From the NCBI GenBank assembly GCA_049967475.1, contig JBMFSQ010000002.1, positions 235,508-299,507 on the forward strand: DNA of 64,000 nucleotides, in the 5' to 3' direction. Below the pieces are notes generated by a model. The model did not search any database, was not told the origin of the DNA, and saw only the letters and a program-made list of their open reading frames with translations. This DNA is from Chthonomonadales bacterium. GTDB lineage: Bacteria > Armatimonadota > Chthonomonadetes > Chthonomonadales > CAJBBX01. This document shows, one piece after another, positions 36,305-46,290 of this stretch (position 1 is the stretch's first letter; every line of letters begins with the position of its first letter). The translations under genes and the position numbers were made by a program.

Positions 36305-37879
36305 CTATTCCCCAGGTACGCCCCTGGGATGAGCCTCAAAATAACCAACCAAGGCTTGGACCAAACCTGGAATGGTGTGTTCCCCGGCCTCGACAGTCGG
36401 TTCCATCCCCAGTTCCCGCACGGTTGCCGACGTGATGGGCCCTATGGAGGCGATTACCACTCCCCGAGCGGCTTCCTGTGCTTTCTGCGGCCCCACGGCG
36501 GCAACAAAGTTGCGCACGGTGGACGAACTGGTGAACGTGATGGCGTGGATTTCGCCTTGTTGCAGCTCCTGGATGAGTTCTTGGGCGCCGGCTCCATCCA
36601 TCACCGTGTCGTAGGCGGGCACGGCATCCACGGCGGCTCCCATAGCAGCAAGGCGCTCTACCAGCACATCGCGAGCTCCACGCGCACGCGGAAGCAATAC
36701 CCGCTTGCCGGCCATATCGTGCTCGGGCCATTCATCGGCAACCGCTTCAGCCACGAACTGGGATGGAACGAAGTCGGCTCTTAGGCCCCACGCAGCCAAG
36801 GCTGCCGCAGTACCCGGCCCGATTGCAGCAAGTTTGGTCCCTCCGAAGGCCCGCGCATCGGCCCCCATCTGTTCGAGCCTCGTCCGCACGGCCGACACGC
36901 CGTTGGCGCTGGTGAATACGACCCATTGATAGCCGGCGTCGCCATGGGCGTGTCCCGGCAGTCGGCGGAGAGCCGCGTCCAGGTCGCTAAAATCCGGGAG
37001 GGGCACTACCCGGATCAACGGAAACTCCAGCGCCTCGGCGCCCTGTTCTTCGAGGAGCGCCGAAAGACTGCTGGCCTGCTCACGTGCCCGTGTCACCACG
37101 ATGCGTTTGCCGAACAAAGGCTTCGTGTCGAACCACCTCAAGGCAGCGCGCAACCCTACTACGGGTCCGACAATGGTAACGGCTGGGGGTCCGAAACCGG
37201 TTTTGCGCACATCGGCTTCTACTTGGCCGAGAGTGCTCTCGAGCACCTCCTGGCGCCTCCACGTACCCCACCGTATGAGCGCCACAGGCGTGTGGGCATC
37301 CTTCCCCGCCGCCAACAGCCGGCCCGCGATCGTAGCGAGGTTCTCCACACCCATCAGGAAGATCAGGGTGTCGGCGGCGTGGGCCAGATGCTCCCACCGG
37401 AGCCGGCTCTCGGTCTTGGACGGATCCTCGTGGCCCGTAGCCACCAAGAAACTCGACGCCGCTTCCCGATGCGTCACAGGGATGCCTGCGTACGCGGGCG
37501 CCGCCACGGCGGAAGTAACTCCCGGCACGACTTCGAAGGGGATGGACGCAGCCACACACGCCTCGGCTTCCTCACCCCCACGCCCGAACACGAAGGGATC
37601 GCCCCCTTTGAGGCGGCATACGATCTTCCCCTCCTGTGCCTTCTGCACGATGAGGGCATTGATCTCCTCCTGGCGCAAAGTGTGGCGAGATGCCTCCTTG
37701 CCTACGTAGACCAATTCCGCATCGTGTGGGGCATGGCGCAGCAATTGCGGATGTACCAAACGGTCGTAGATCACAACATCCGCGCGCTTCAACACCTCGG
37801 CGCCTCGCACGGTAAGCAGCCCGGGATCCCCCGGCCCGGCCCCGACGAGATACACGGTTCCTGCGCCGCCGTCACTCAC
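36305..37879 (-). CDS. cobA: Uroporphyrinogen-III C-methyltransferase / uroporphyrinogen-III synthase fusion (CobA-HemD)
   Basis: VGAGPGDPGLLT and RLKGGDPFVFGRGGEE, followed by a HemD domain (VVTRAREQ, FTSANGV, AIGPGT, FTSSST, SIGPIT). Confidence 0.95.
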   Translation of the reverse strand: MSDGGAGTVYLVGAGPGDPGLLTVRGAEVLKRADVVIYDRLVHPQLLRHAPHDAELVYVGKEASRHTLRQEEINALIVQKAQEGKIVCRLKGGDPFVFGRGGEEAEACVAASIPFEVVPGVTSAVAAPAYAGIPVTHREAASSFLVATGHEDPSKTESRLRWEHLAHAADTLIFLMGVENLATIAGRLLAAGKDAHTPVALIRWGTWRRQEVLESTLGQVEADVRKTGFGPPAVTIVGPVVGLRAALRWFDTKPLFGKRIVVTRAREQASSLSALLEEQGAEALEFPLIRVVPLPDFSDLDAALRRLPGHAHGDAGYQWVVFTSANGVSAVRTRLEQMGADARAFGGTKLAAIGPGTAAALAAWGLRADFVPSQFVAEAVADEWPEHDMAGKRVLLPRARGARDVLVERLAAMGAAVDAVPAYDTVMDGAGAQELIQELQQGEIHAITFTSSSTVRNFVAAVGPQKAQEAARGVVIASIGPITSATVRELGMEPTVEAGEHTIPGLVQALVGYFEAHPRGVPGE

Positions 37880-39270
37880 CGAAGCGCCTCCACCGGTCCC
37901 AACGTCTGGAGCGCCTCCCTCAACCTGGCGCCGTCACCCACCACCACAATTCGGAATTGTTGCGTGTTCATGTACCGCTGGGCCACGCGCTGCACATCTG
38001 CTGCGGTCACGGCATCTATGCGGCTGCGATAGGCAGTAAGGTAATCCGCGGGAAGGCCGTAGATCTGCTGCGCCAAGAGGGCGTCGGCAAGACCTGCCTG
38101 CGTGACCATTTGGAGCACAAATCTGCCCTTGATGTAATTTTGGACTGCACTGAGTTCCTGTTGGGTAACGGGTTCGGTGCGCAGTTTTTCGGTTTGGCGG
38201 ATCATCTCCTCGATGGCGGGCACCGTCGCCTCTGTGCGCACCTGGGCAGCCTCGGTGAAGGCGCCTGCCAGGCGCTGGGGATTGACGCTGCTGTGGGCAT
38301 CATATGCGTATCCGTCGCGTTCCCGCACGGTAAGGAACAGGCGCGAGGATGCGCTGCCGCCCAGGATGGCAGAGGCAACAGACAGGGCGTAATAGTCGGG
38401 ATCGTTGCGGCGGATCGCCCGGTTCCCCATGAGGATGTCCGCCTGCACCGACGCAGGGCGATCTACAAGAAGCACACGCCGCCCGGAAGCCGGTTCATCC
38501 GCCGGCGGCGCAGGCTGAGCGGGCGGAGAACCTGACCACGAGGCGAGAACCTGCCTAACCGCTTCGATTGTACGCTTGCCGTCTACGTCCCCTGCTACCA
38601 CCAGCACCGAACCCGCAGGCGCATAGTGCGACCTCCAGAACGTCCGCAGGGCATCCGGTGTCAACGCCTGTACCGCGGCCGCCGAGGGAGCAGCTACCCC
38701 GTATGGATGATTGCCGTACAACATCCGGTCCATCTGTTCTTCTGCAAGAAACGAGGGATCCTGCCGCTGTATGGAGAGCCTCTGTATGGTGAGCCCCTTG
38801 TAGATGGAAAGTTCCTCTGCCGGAAAAGACGGATGAAGGAGCGCGTCAGCCAGAAGCTCGAGAAGCGGCCGGACGTTCTCCGACAGTGCGGAGGCCTGAA
38901 CGGTTACGAAATCCGTCCCGGCGCGCGCTGAGAGAGAACCGCCGAGCTTTTCGGCCGCCTCTCTCAACCCACGACTGGTGTATTTGTCCGTTCCAGCGGT
39001 CAGTTGGTTGGCTACTGCAGCAGCCAACCCCGGTGAGGAGGCCGGATCATAAACGCTGCCAGCCGGAATTGCCAGCCTTACCGTAACGAGCGGGACACGG
39101 CGGCTCTGGGCCACCAGAACCTTCAATCCGTTGGGCAGGACCGACGTAAAGACGGGAGGCATCCGGAAGGGCCGCGCCGGAAGGTCTGCCGGAGGGGACG
39201 CCGGGAATTCCTGGGAAGCCCCAGGCATCGGCAGAAACAGCAAGAGCATCAGGGCGAAGGCGCTCCTCAT
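37876..39270 (-). CDS. M16 (pitrilysin-like) peptidase, non-catalytic subunit, exported
   Basis: Signal peptide, LPNGLKV, GLAAAVANQL in place of HxxEH, and the LGG...SRLF..VRERDGYAY (R/Y) motif. Confidence 0.88.
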   Translation of the reverse strand: MRSAFALMLLLFLPMPGASQEFPASPPADLPARPFRMPPVFTSVLPNGLKVLVAQSRRVPLVTVRLAIPAGSVYDPASSPGLAAAVANQLTAGTDKYTSRGLREAAEKLGGSLSARAGTDFVTVQASALSENVRPLLELLADALLHPSFPAEELSIYKGLTIQRLSIQRQDPSFLAEEQMDRMLYGNHPYGVAAPSAAAVQALTPDALRTFWRSHYAPAGSVLVVAGDVDGKRTIEAVRQVLASWSGSPPAQPAPPADEPASGRRVLLVDRPASVQADILMGNRAIRRNDPDYYALSVASAILGGSASSRLFLTVRERDGYAYDAHSSVNPQRLAGAFTEAAQVRTEATVPAIEEMIRQTEKLRTEPVTQQELSAVQNYIKGRFVLQMVTQAGLADALLAQQIYGLPADYLTAYRSRIDAVTAADVQRVAQRYMNTQQFRIVVVGDGARLREALQTLGPVEALR

Positions 39271-40667
39271 TCGTTGCCTCCTTTTTTGCCGGCTGCGGCA
39301 CCGGGTTGGATCACCACCACCGTGCGATTGGTGTGCGTAAAGTACTTGCGTGCCACTGCCTGTATCTGTTGGGGCGTCACGGCCATGTAGCGAGCCATCT
39401 CGGTGTTGATAAGGTTCGGGTCATTCTGCAAAACCGTATAGTCGGCAATCTGAATGGCGCGCCCCAACATCGTTTCCAAACCGAAGATAGAGAAGGCCCG
39501 GTAGCGTGATGCCCGGAAGCGCGTCTTCACACGTTCCAATTCCTCAGGCGATGGCGGCTGCTTCTTGAGAGCATCAATTTGGGCGTAGATTGCCCGCTCC
39601 ATCTGCTCCGGGGTCACTGTGGGACGGTACACTGCGAAGACGTCGAAAAGGCTGGGTCCCCTGTGCGAGTCCAACTCTCCTTCGATGCTCACCGCCATTT
39701 GCTTGCCCTTCACCAGCTCTTGGTAGGCCCGCGAAGTTTCGCCTCCGAACACGATCTCCGCCAACAAGTCCATTGCGTAGGTGTCTGGGTTGCTCAGCGA
39801 TGGTCCATGCCATGCAATGGCCAGGGCGGGAAGGCGCGCTAGGGCGTCGGTTACTACGGTCCGCCGTTCGGCGGTCTGAGGCGGCTCGGACACGTCGGTT
39901 CGGGCAGGCAGCGGACGGCGAGGGATGGATCCGAAAAGGTCCCTCGTGAGCTTCTGCACCTCGTTGAAGGACACGTCGCCCACGAGCACCAGAACGGCAT
40001 TGTTGGGCACGTAATAGGTGTGGAAGAAGGATTGCACGTCCTGCAAGCTCGCCGCATCGAGATCCTGCATCGAACCGATGGTGGTATGCTGGTTGGCGAA
40101 ATTGGAGTAGGCCAGCCCTTGCAGTACCTCATCTCGGGCCACCACGTAGGGCTGGTTGTCGTACCGCAGGCGCTTCTCTTCCTTGACCACCTCCTGCTGG
40201 TTCTTCAGGTTCTCGGCGGTAACAGCCAGGGAGCGCATGCGGTCGGCCTCCAACCAAAGGACCAATGGGAGCTTCTCGCTCGGAAAGGTTTCTATGTAGG
40301 TGGTGACTTCGTCCCGCGTAAAGCCATTGGACACGCCCCCGCTGCCTTCGATCAATTGGTCAAAATCACCGCGCGGAACATGCGCCGAACCTTGAAACAT
40401 CATATGCTCGAACAGGTGGGCAAAGCCCGTGCGGCCCTTCACTTCATCCCGCGAGCCTACGTTATAGGCAAGCGCCAATCCCACAACTGGGGCGCTGTGA
40501 TCTTCGGACACCACCACACGCAATCCGTTGGGCAACGTGAACTGGCGGATCGGATACTTCGGTTCACGCGGTGCTCCGGATGCGGCGATGCAGGCGCCAA
40601 AGATTGCCGTTGCCGCAAGAAGCCAATAGACAACCAAGGATAAACGACGGGAGTTTGAACCTCTCAT
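39267..40667 (-). CDS. M16 peptidase, catalytic subunit, exported
   Basis: Signal peptide, LPNGLRV, GFAHLFEHMMFQGS (HxxEH) and downstream EEKR. Confidence 0.92.
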   Translation of the reverse strand: MRGSNSRRLSLVVYWLLAATAIFGACIAASGAPREPKYPIRQFTLPNGLRVVVSEDHSAPVVGLALAYNVGSRDEVKGRTGFAHLFEHMMFQGSAHVPRGDFDQLIEGSGGVSNGFTRDEVTTYIETFPSEKLPLVLWLEADRMRSLAVTAENLKNQQEVVKEEKRLRYDNQPYVVARDEVLQGLAYSNFANQHTTIGSMQDLDAASLQDVQSFFHTYYVPNNAVLVLVGDVSFNEVQKLTRDLFGSIPRRPLPARTDVSEPPQTAERRTVVTDALARLPALAIAWHGPSLSNPDTYAMDLLAEIVFGGETSRAYQELVKGKQMAVSIEGELDSHRGPSLFDVFAVYRPTVTPEQMERAIYAQIDALKKQPPSPEELERVKTRFRASRYRAFSIFGLETMLGRAIQIADYTVLQNDPNLINTEMARYMAVTPQQIQAVARKYFTHTNRTVVVIQPGAAAGKKGGNE

Positions 40668-42268
40668 TGCAATCCCCCTGCCTTCATAAGCGTGTCACGC
40701 TTCCAGTGCTCGTCATCGGTGGCTGGGTAATCGGTATTGTAATGCAAACCCCGGCTTTCCCGGCGGGTGAGGGCGCTCTGCACGATCAATGCGGCCACGT
40801 CAACCATATTCCTCAGCTCGTAGAGCTCCAAACAGGGCTCCGAATGGCGAACGAGATCTTCCGCATCTCTACGGACCTCGTGGATGGCGGCAAGAGCCGC
40901 ATTCAACCCTTCGGTTGTTCTTACGATGCCCACATGCTCATCCATCACCGATTGCAGGCGGGATCGGGTCTTTTCCACAGCGTCCATCTGGCAACGTTGA
41001 GCACCGTGGGGAGGGAGGCCGGGGGCGCCGAGCCCGGTTGGAAGCAGCACATCTTCTTCCAGGCACTTTCGGGCGGCGCGGTACCCAAACACCATCGCCT
41101 CCAGCAGCGAGTTGGATGCCAACCTATTGGCTCCATGCACGCCCGTGCAAGCGACTTCGCCCGCTGCATACAGGCCGGGCAAATCGGTGCCTCCCCACAA
41201 ATCTGTTCGGACACCACCGCACTGGTAATGGGCCGCAGGCACTACGGGGATCCACTCCCGCGTAATATCCAGCCCCAGCTCTAGGCACCTCTCATAGATC
41301 GTTGGAAAGCGGCGCTTCACGAATTCAGCATCCAGATGTGTCACATCCAAAAAGACGCAAGGCTCCCCACGCTTGAGCCGCTCGGTGTGGATTGCCCGGG
41401 CCACGATGTCCCGCGGAGCCAAATCTGCCAACGCGTGATACCCTGCCATGAAGGGCGCGCCGTCTCGCGTCCGCAGGATGCCTCCCTCCCCGCGCACCGC
41501 CTCCGATATGAGGAAGGAACGGCCGCGAGGGTGGTAGAGAGCTGTGGGATGAAACTGAATGAACTCCATGTTGGCCACGGTAGCCCCGGCGCGGTAGGCC
41601 ATCGCCACACCATCCCCGGTGGCAATGGCCGGGTTTGTCGTGTGCCGGTAGACTTGCCCGCAGCCTCCTGTGGCCAAAAGGACACAGCGCGCACGGAACA
41701 GGTGGAATTCCCCGGAGCGCGTGTCCAGAGCGATTGCTCCGAAGCATCTGCGTTCACCGCCGGCATCGGCCAGCGCAAGATCTACCACAAAGTAGTGTTC
41801 CAGGATGCGCAGGTTCTCAAGGGAATGCGTTGCTTGCAAAAGGGTGCGTTCACACTCCCAGCCTGTACGATCCACCGCATGCACGATGCGATTGCGGCTG
41901 TGGCCTCCCTCACGCCCTAACTCCAATACCTCTCGGCCATCGGGGGTGCGGACTGTGCTGAAGCGAGCGCCCAAGGCGATAAGATCGTGGATGCGGTCGG
42001 GGCCTTCTGTTACCAGCACATGGACTGCGTCTTGGTGGCACAGACCGGCTCCAGCTACGAGGGTGTCTCGCTCATGGAGCGCAAATTCGTCTTCGGGCGA
42101 CACGACGCCGGCGATACCGCCTTGCGCGTAATTGGAGTTGGATTCCGCGCGGTCCTTCTTGGTCAACACAATCACGCGGTGGTGACGCGCCACGTTGAGG
42201 GCAAAGGTTAGGCCGGCCACGCCGCTCCCAATCACCAGGAAATCGGCATCTGTAGTAGGCACCATCAT
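40664..42268 (-). CDS. nadB: L-aspartate oxidase
   Basis: IGSGVAGL, SNYAQGGIA, REGGHSRNRIVH, QFHPT, SEAVRGEG, APRDIVARAI, HGANRLASNSLLE and ESRGLH. ATGA overlap with the hemC stop. Confidence 0.93.
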   Translation of the reverse strand: MMVPTTDADFLVIGSGVAGLTFALNVARHHRVIVLTKKDRAESNSNYAQGGIAGVVSPEDEFALHERDTLVAGAGLCHQDAVHVLVTEGPDRIHDLIALGARFSTVRTPDGREVLELGREGGHSRNRIVHAVDRTGWECERTLLQATHSLENLRILEHYFVVDLALADAGGERRCFGAIALDTRSGEFHLFRARCVLLATGGCGQVYRHTTNPAIATGDGVAMAYRAGATVANMEFIQFHPTALYHPRGRSFLISEAVRGEGGILRTRDGAPFMAGYHALADLAPRDIVARAIHTERLKRGEPCVFLDVTHLDAEFVKRRFPTIYERCLELGLDITREWIPVVPAAHYQCGGVRTDLWGGTDLPGLYAAGEVACTGVHGANRLASNSLLEAMVFGYRAARKCLEEDVLLPTGLGAPGLPPHGAQRCQMDAVEKTRSRLQSVMDEHVGIVRTTEGLNAALAAIHEVRRDAEDLVRHSEPCLELYELRNMVDVAALIVQSALTRRESRGLHYNTDYPATDDEHWKRDTLMKAGGLQ

Positions 42269-43218
42269 TCTGCAACCTCCCGGAGCCCGCTGCCCGTCCC
42301 ATCGCTCGCCGCTGCCCTCAAGAGGCTTGCGCCGCCTTGCGCAAGGATCTCCTCGGCAGCGCGGGCGCCGATGGCCTCGGCATCGCAAGGCGCTCCCTTT
42401 ACCTCGCTTCGCAGGATCACGGCGGCATCCGGAGCGATGAGAAGAGCCTTTAGCGTTAGCGCATCTCCATTCACCTGGGCAAAGGCTCCTGCAGGCACCG
42501 AACAGCCCCCACCCAGGGCACGTTGGAAGGCCCGCTCCGCAGAGGCGCACAGGAATGCGTCGGCATCGCTGAGGGGTTCCAGCACCCTCGAAATATTGGG
42601 GCGATCCTCGCGGCACTCCAAACCCAAAAAGCCTTGACCTGGAGCGGGCACAAACAGATGCAACGGCAGCCTCTGGGAGATATTCTCACCCAACCCCAAT
42701 CGGTCCAGCCCGGCGCAGGCCACAAGCAAGCCGTCATATCGGCCTTCGTGAAGCTTTCTGAGGCGCGTGTCCAGATTGCCGCGAAGTTCCTCTACACGCA
42801 GGTCCCCCCGACACGCCGTGAGCAGAGCTTTTCGCCGCACGCTGGAGGTGCCGATGCGGGCGCCATCCGGGAGCGTGTCCAGCGTGTACTTGTTCGCTAC
42901 CAACGCATCTCGCGCGTCTGCGCGGGGAGGTATGGCGGCCAATACCAAGCCCTCCGGCAAATCACCCGGAAGATCCTTGAGGCTGTGGACTGCCACATCC
43001 ACCGCATCGGCCAAGAGGGCGTCTTCGATCTCCTTGACGAACATGCCCTTGGTGCCCACCTTGGGAAGCGGTATGGTGTTGTGTACATCGCCCGAGGTGC
43101 GGATCGTAACGATCTCTGCGCGGAGGCCGGGATGCGCAGCTTCGAGCGCCTGCGCCACCCAACGGGCCTGGACCAGAGCAAGCTTACTGCTGCGCGTGCC
43201 GATGCGGATACTGTTCAC
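42265..43218 (-). CDS. hemC: Hydroxymethylbilane synthase (porphobilinogen deaminase)
   Basis: IRIGTRSSKLA, KGMFVKEIE, VHSLKD, GTSSVRR, LRGNLDTRL and GGCSVP. GTG start at 43218. Confidence 0.96.
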   Translation of the reverse strand: MNSIRIGTRSSKLALVQARWVAQALEAAHPGLRAEIVTIRTSGDVHNTIPLPKVGTKGMFVKEIEDALLADAVDVAVHSLKDLPGDLPEGLVLAAIPPRADARDALVANKYTLDTLPDGARIGTSSVRRKALLTACRGDLRVEELRGNLDTRLRKLHEGRYDGLLVACAGLDRLGLGENISQRLPLHLFVPAPGQGFLGLECREDRPNISRVLEPLSDADAFLCASAERAFQRALGGGCSVPAGAFAQVNGDALTLKALLIAPDAAVILRSEVKGAPCDAEAIGARAAEEILAQGGASLLRAAASDGTGSGLREVAE

Positions 43219-43282
43219 GGGATGCGCCTCTTGGGGGTATGGATGGGGGGTTCGTGTCGGCTGCAGTGCACAGGCTTCCTGT

Positions 43283-44092
43283 CTACGTAAAGCGATGCGT
43301 GCTCGTAGGCACAAAGAAAATGGCAGCAGCCGCGATCATCCCCAAGATCAACAGGCTGTTTACGCGGATGCCGCGCCAGCCGGCCACCCCGCGCGCCACA
43401 AGGTAGCACGTGTAGATGGCCCATACTACCATGGACACCAGCGTGTGGGGATCCAGGAGCCAGTTGCCGTGCAGACCGCCCAGAGCCGCTCTTACGATGC
43501 CCAACAGCAGTCCCAATGTAAGCAGCGGCACCGCGAAAGCAACCAGATGGTACGCGATGGCATCCACTACTTCAAGCGGAGGCAGTCTTCGGAAGAGCGC
43601 CCTGCCGTTGGGGTGCTTCAACGCACCGTATTGCCACACATAGAATACCGCGCAGCATGCGGCAAGAGCAAAGAGCCCAAAGCTCACGAGGACCATCAGA
43701 ACATGGAAGTTGATGATGCGCGTGCGGACCAGTGGGGACGTGTAGTGTTCTGCCCGGGCATGGATGAGGGCGGCGAAGAGAAGCAGCGAGGTCACCGGCG
43801 CTGCCAGCACGCCCAAAGTGGCGGTGTGCGCTGCGGCTTCCAGAGGCACATAAACGACTGCCGAAGCCCAGGCCAGCACGCTCAACGTACCGAAAGAGCT
43901 GGCGAAGGGGCCGTGGCGCGTTGCCAGACACTCGGCGCCGATGGCCGCGGTATGCACGCCAAGCCCCGCGAGAAAAAGCACCCTTGCAATCGTTCCATAG
44001 CCGCGCACACGCAGAGAAAAATCGGCGCCGTACAGAACTGCAGCCGCAGTATAGAGCAGTAACGCGCCGCCGCTAAGAAGCACCGTTATCAT
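43283..44092 (-). CDS. Cytochrome c assembly (CcsA/HemX-like) membrane protein
   Basis: About eight TM segments, conserved His (NFHV), LPPL, and the W..DP motif. Its position directly after hemA matches Bacillus hemX. Confidence 0.85.
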   Translation of the reverse strand: MITVLLSGGALLLYTAAAVLYGADFSLRVRGYGTIARVLFLAGLGVHTAAIGAECLATRHGPFASSFGTLSVLAWASAVVYVPLEAAAHTATLGVLAAPVTSLLLFAALIHARAEHYTSPLVRTRIINFHVLMVLVSFGLFALAACCAVFYVWQYGALKHPNGRALFRRLPPLEVVDAIAYHLVAFAVPLLTLGLLLGIVRAALGGLHGNWLLDPHTLVSMVVWAIYTCYLVARGVAGWRGIRVNSLLILGMIAAAAIFFVPTSTHRFT

Positions 44093-45426
44093 GGCTGCAC
44101 AGTCTCCTGGTCCTGGGCAGCTTCGGTACCCGAGGGTGAATTGGGGCCGGAATGGCCGTTTCCAATTCCGAACAGATGCCGGGCGGCAGTCAGCAGGTCC
44201 ATGGGGCCGCTGGGCTCCTGGCCCGCGGCGGCCGCCTTCAGGGCTCGGATAGGATCTCGAGCAATGCGCGTCAGCATGGAGCGCGTAGCAGCCTCGATGC
44301 GCTCCCATGCGTAATCCGGCAGATCTCCCAACTGGTTCCGGAGGCGAGCGAGTTCAGCCTGGCGTATCTGCTCGTGTTTGCGGTTGAGCTGTTCCAGAAT
44401 GGGGGCCGATTCGAGGGATCGAACCCAGGCCATATACCGCTCTGCCTCTTCGGCTATGATCGCCTCTACGCGAGTGACCTCGGCAGCTCGTTCACGCGCC
44501 ATATCCGCTACTACGGCCTCCAGATCATCCAAATCGTAAAGGAAAACGTTCGGGAGGTCCGCCACGTCTGGAGCGATGTCCCTGGGCACCGCGATGTCAA
44601 TGAGAAAGAGTGGGCGGCCCCGCCGGCGGCGCAAAACAGGCGCCAAGGTGTCGCGCGTCACCACGTGGTGGGGAGCGGCCGTAGAACTGATTACGATATC
44701 TGCGTGCACGAGGCGTTCGGGGAATTCGTCGTAACGGATGGCGGTGCCGCCCAGCTTAGCTGCCAGCGATTGAGCCTTGTCATGCGTGCGGTTTGCTACT
44801 AAAACCACACCTGCTCCGCCGGTCACCAAATGGCGCGCCGTGAGTTCACTCATCTTGCCTGCACCCAAGATGAGGATGGCAGCGTCCTGGAGTGAACCGA
44901 AGATGGACCGGGCTAGGTCCACCGCGGCATGACCCACAGAAAAGCCACCCCGCCCGATGTCCGTTTCCGTGCGAGCCCTTTTTCCTGCCGCAATGGCGGC
45001 ACGGAAGAGGCCGTTGAGCAAGGGGCCGATGGACCCCGCATCGGTTCCGGCAGCAAAGGCGTCACGGACCTGGCGTAGGATCTGCGGCTCGCCCAGCACA
45101 AGCGAGTCCAGCCCGGAAGCCACTCTCATCAAATGGACTGCCGCTTCTCCGTCCGCATACTGGTACAGGAATTCCTGGAACTCACTCACGGGGACGGAAT
45201 GGAATTGGGAAAGGAACTGGGCCAGCGCGTGACTGTCTGCTACAGACGAAACGGCAGAATAGAGCTCGCACCGGTTGCATGTAGAAAGGATGGCTGCCTC
45301 GTACACTCCGCTCTGGCGGCGGAGGGCAGCCAGGGCACTGCGGAGCCCGGTTTCGGGAAAGGCAAGGCGCTCCCGCACCTCGATCGGCGCCGTATGGTGG
45401 TTCAGCCCAACCAGGACAAGATGCAC
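44089..45426 (-). CDS. hemA: Glutamyl-tRNA reductase
   Basis: GLNHHTAPIEVRE, LSTCNRCE, SLVLGEPQI, GAGKM and DIAVPRD. GTG start at 45426. Confidence 0.96.
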   Translation of the reverse strand: MHLVLVGLNHHTAPIEVRERLAFPETGLRSALAALRRQSGVYEAAILSTCNRCELYSAVSSVADSHALAQFLSQFHSVPVSEFQEFLYQYADGEAAVHLMRVASGLDSLVLGEPQILRQVRDAFAAGTDAGSIGPLLNGLFRAAIAAGKRARTETDIGRGGFSVGHAAVDLARSIFGSLQDAAILILGAGKMSELTARHLVTGGAGVVLVANRTHDKAQSLAAKLGGTAIRYDEFPERLVHADIVISSTAAPHHVVTRDTLAPVLRRRRGRPLFLIDIAVPRDIAPDVADLPNVFLYDLDDLEAVVADMARERAAEVTRVEAIIAEEAERYMAWVRSLESAPILEQLNRKHEQIRQAELARLRNQLGDLPDYAWERIEAATRSMLTRIARDPIRALKAAAAGQEPSGPMDLLTAARHLFGIGNGHSGPNSPSGTEAAQDQETVQP

Positions 45427-46046
45427 TTTCGCGCTCTTTCGCGGGCCTCCGGAACGCGGCCCAGCCGCACCAATTCCAGGATCTCCTGATCTGCTGCCAG
45501 TCGCCGAAGCACGTCCCTGCGCGTTGCGTCGGAAGCGGTGCAAGCCAACACCTCGCGGCGCATCTCTCCCAGCAACCGAACGTAATCGCCATATTCCGGG
45601 CCGTAGCGTTCCCTTAATTCCCCGGCGATACGCGCTGCGAGGGCAGGGCTCTGGCCGCAGGTGGTCACTGCCAGGATCAGATCACCCCTCCTTATTGTAG
45701 AGGGTACCACGAAATCCCCCATCTCCGCTTCGGATGCATCCCCGCAGGGCACACCCGCCCTCCGGGAAGCCTCGACGACACTGCGATTGACGGCTTCCCG
45801 GTCCGTGGCAGCAATCACCAGGATTGCATCCTCCGGAACGCTTCCATCGAAGGGCTTGCGTTCCACCACCAACTTTCCCTGTGCTCCCAACGCTTCCAGC
45901 TCGGGATGCAGCCGCGGCGCCACCACCACCACGCGGGCGCCGGCCTCCAGCAAAGATGCTGCTCGGCGCAGGGCTACGGATCCGCCGCCGACGATCAGGC
46001 ACGTACGCCCTTCCACATTCAATGCTATCGGGTAGTAGGCAGGCAT
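45402..46046 (-). CDS. sirC: Precorrin-2 dehydrogenase / sirohydrochlorin ferrochelatase (SirC/Met8p-like)
   Basis: YYPIAL, VGGGSVALRR, IAATD, DFVVP and G.SPALA. Confidence 0.9.
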   Translation of the reverse strand: MPAYYPIALNVEGRTCLIVGGGSVALRRAASLLEAGARVVVVAPRLHPELEALGAQGKLVVERKPFDGSVPEDAILVIAATDREAVNRSVVEASRRAGVPCGDASEAEMGDFVVPSTIRRGDLILAVTTCGQSPALAARIAGELRERYGPEYGDYVRLLGEMRREVLACTASDATRRDVLRRLAADQEILELVRLGRVPEARERARKCILSWLG

Positions 46047-46290
46047 GGCTTCAACGTGATCCTGTTGCTGCTACCCTTCATCCGTGCTCGGCCGTCGGCT
46101 GGTACCGTGCCTGCGCGACACGGCATCCAACCATACGTGCTGCCCCGTATCCATCTTGAGAACGCCTCGCAAAGATAAGGGCGATCTGAGGGAAGCTGCC
46201 GCAAACGTCCATCGGCGGCTTCCACGAGCCCATGCGGAGTGAGGATGGCAAACACAACGGTGAAGGTTCGGGGACCCGGTTTGCACGTGG

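Noticed and set aside
42269..42616. N-terminal extension of nadB in the ORF track (similarly 51595-52077, 48042-48263 and 46975-47247 for other genes)
   Set aside because: The extensions overlap upstream genes or promoters. RBSs and stop/start overlaps support the shorter starts.
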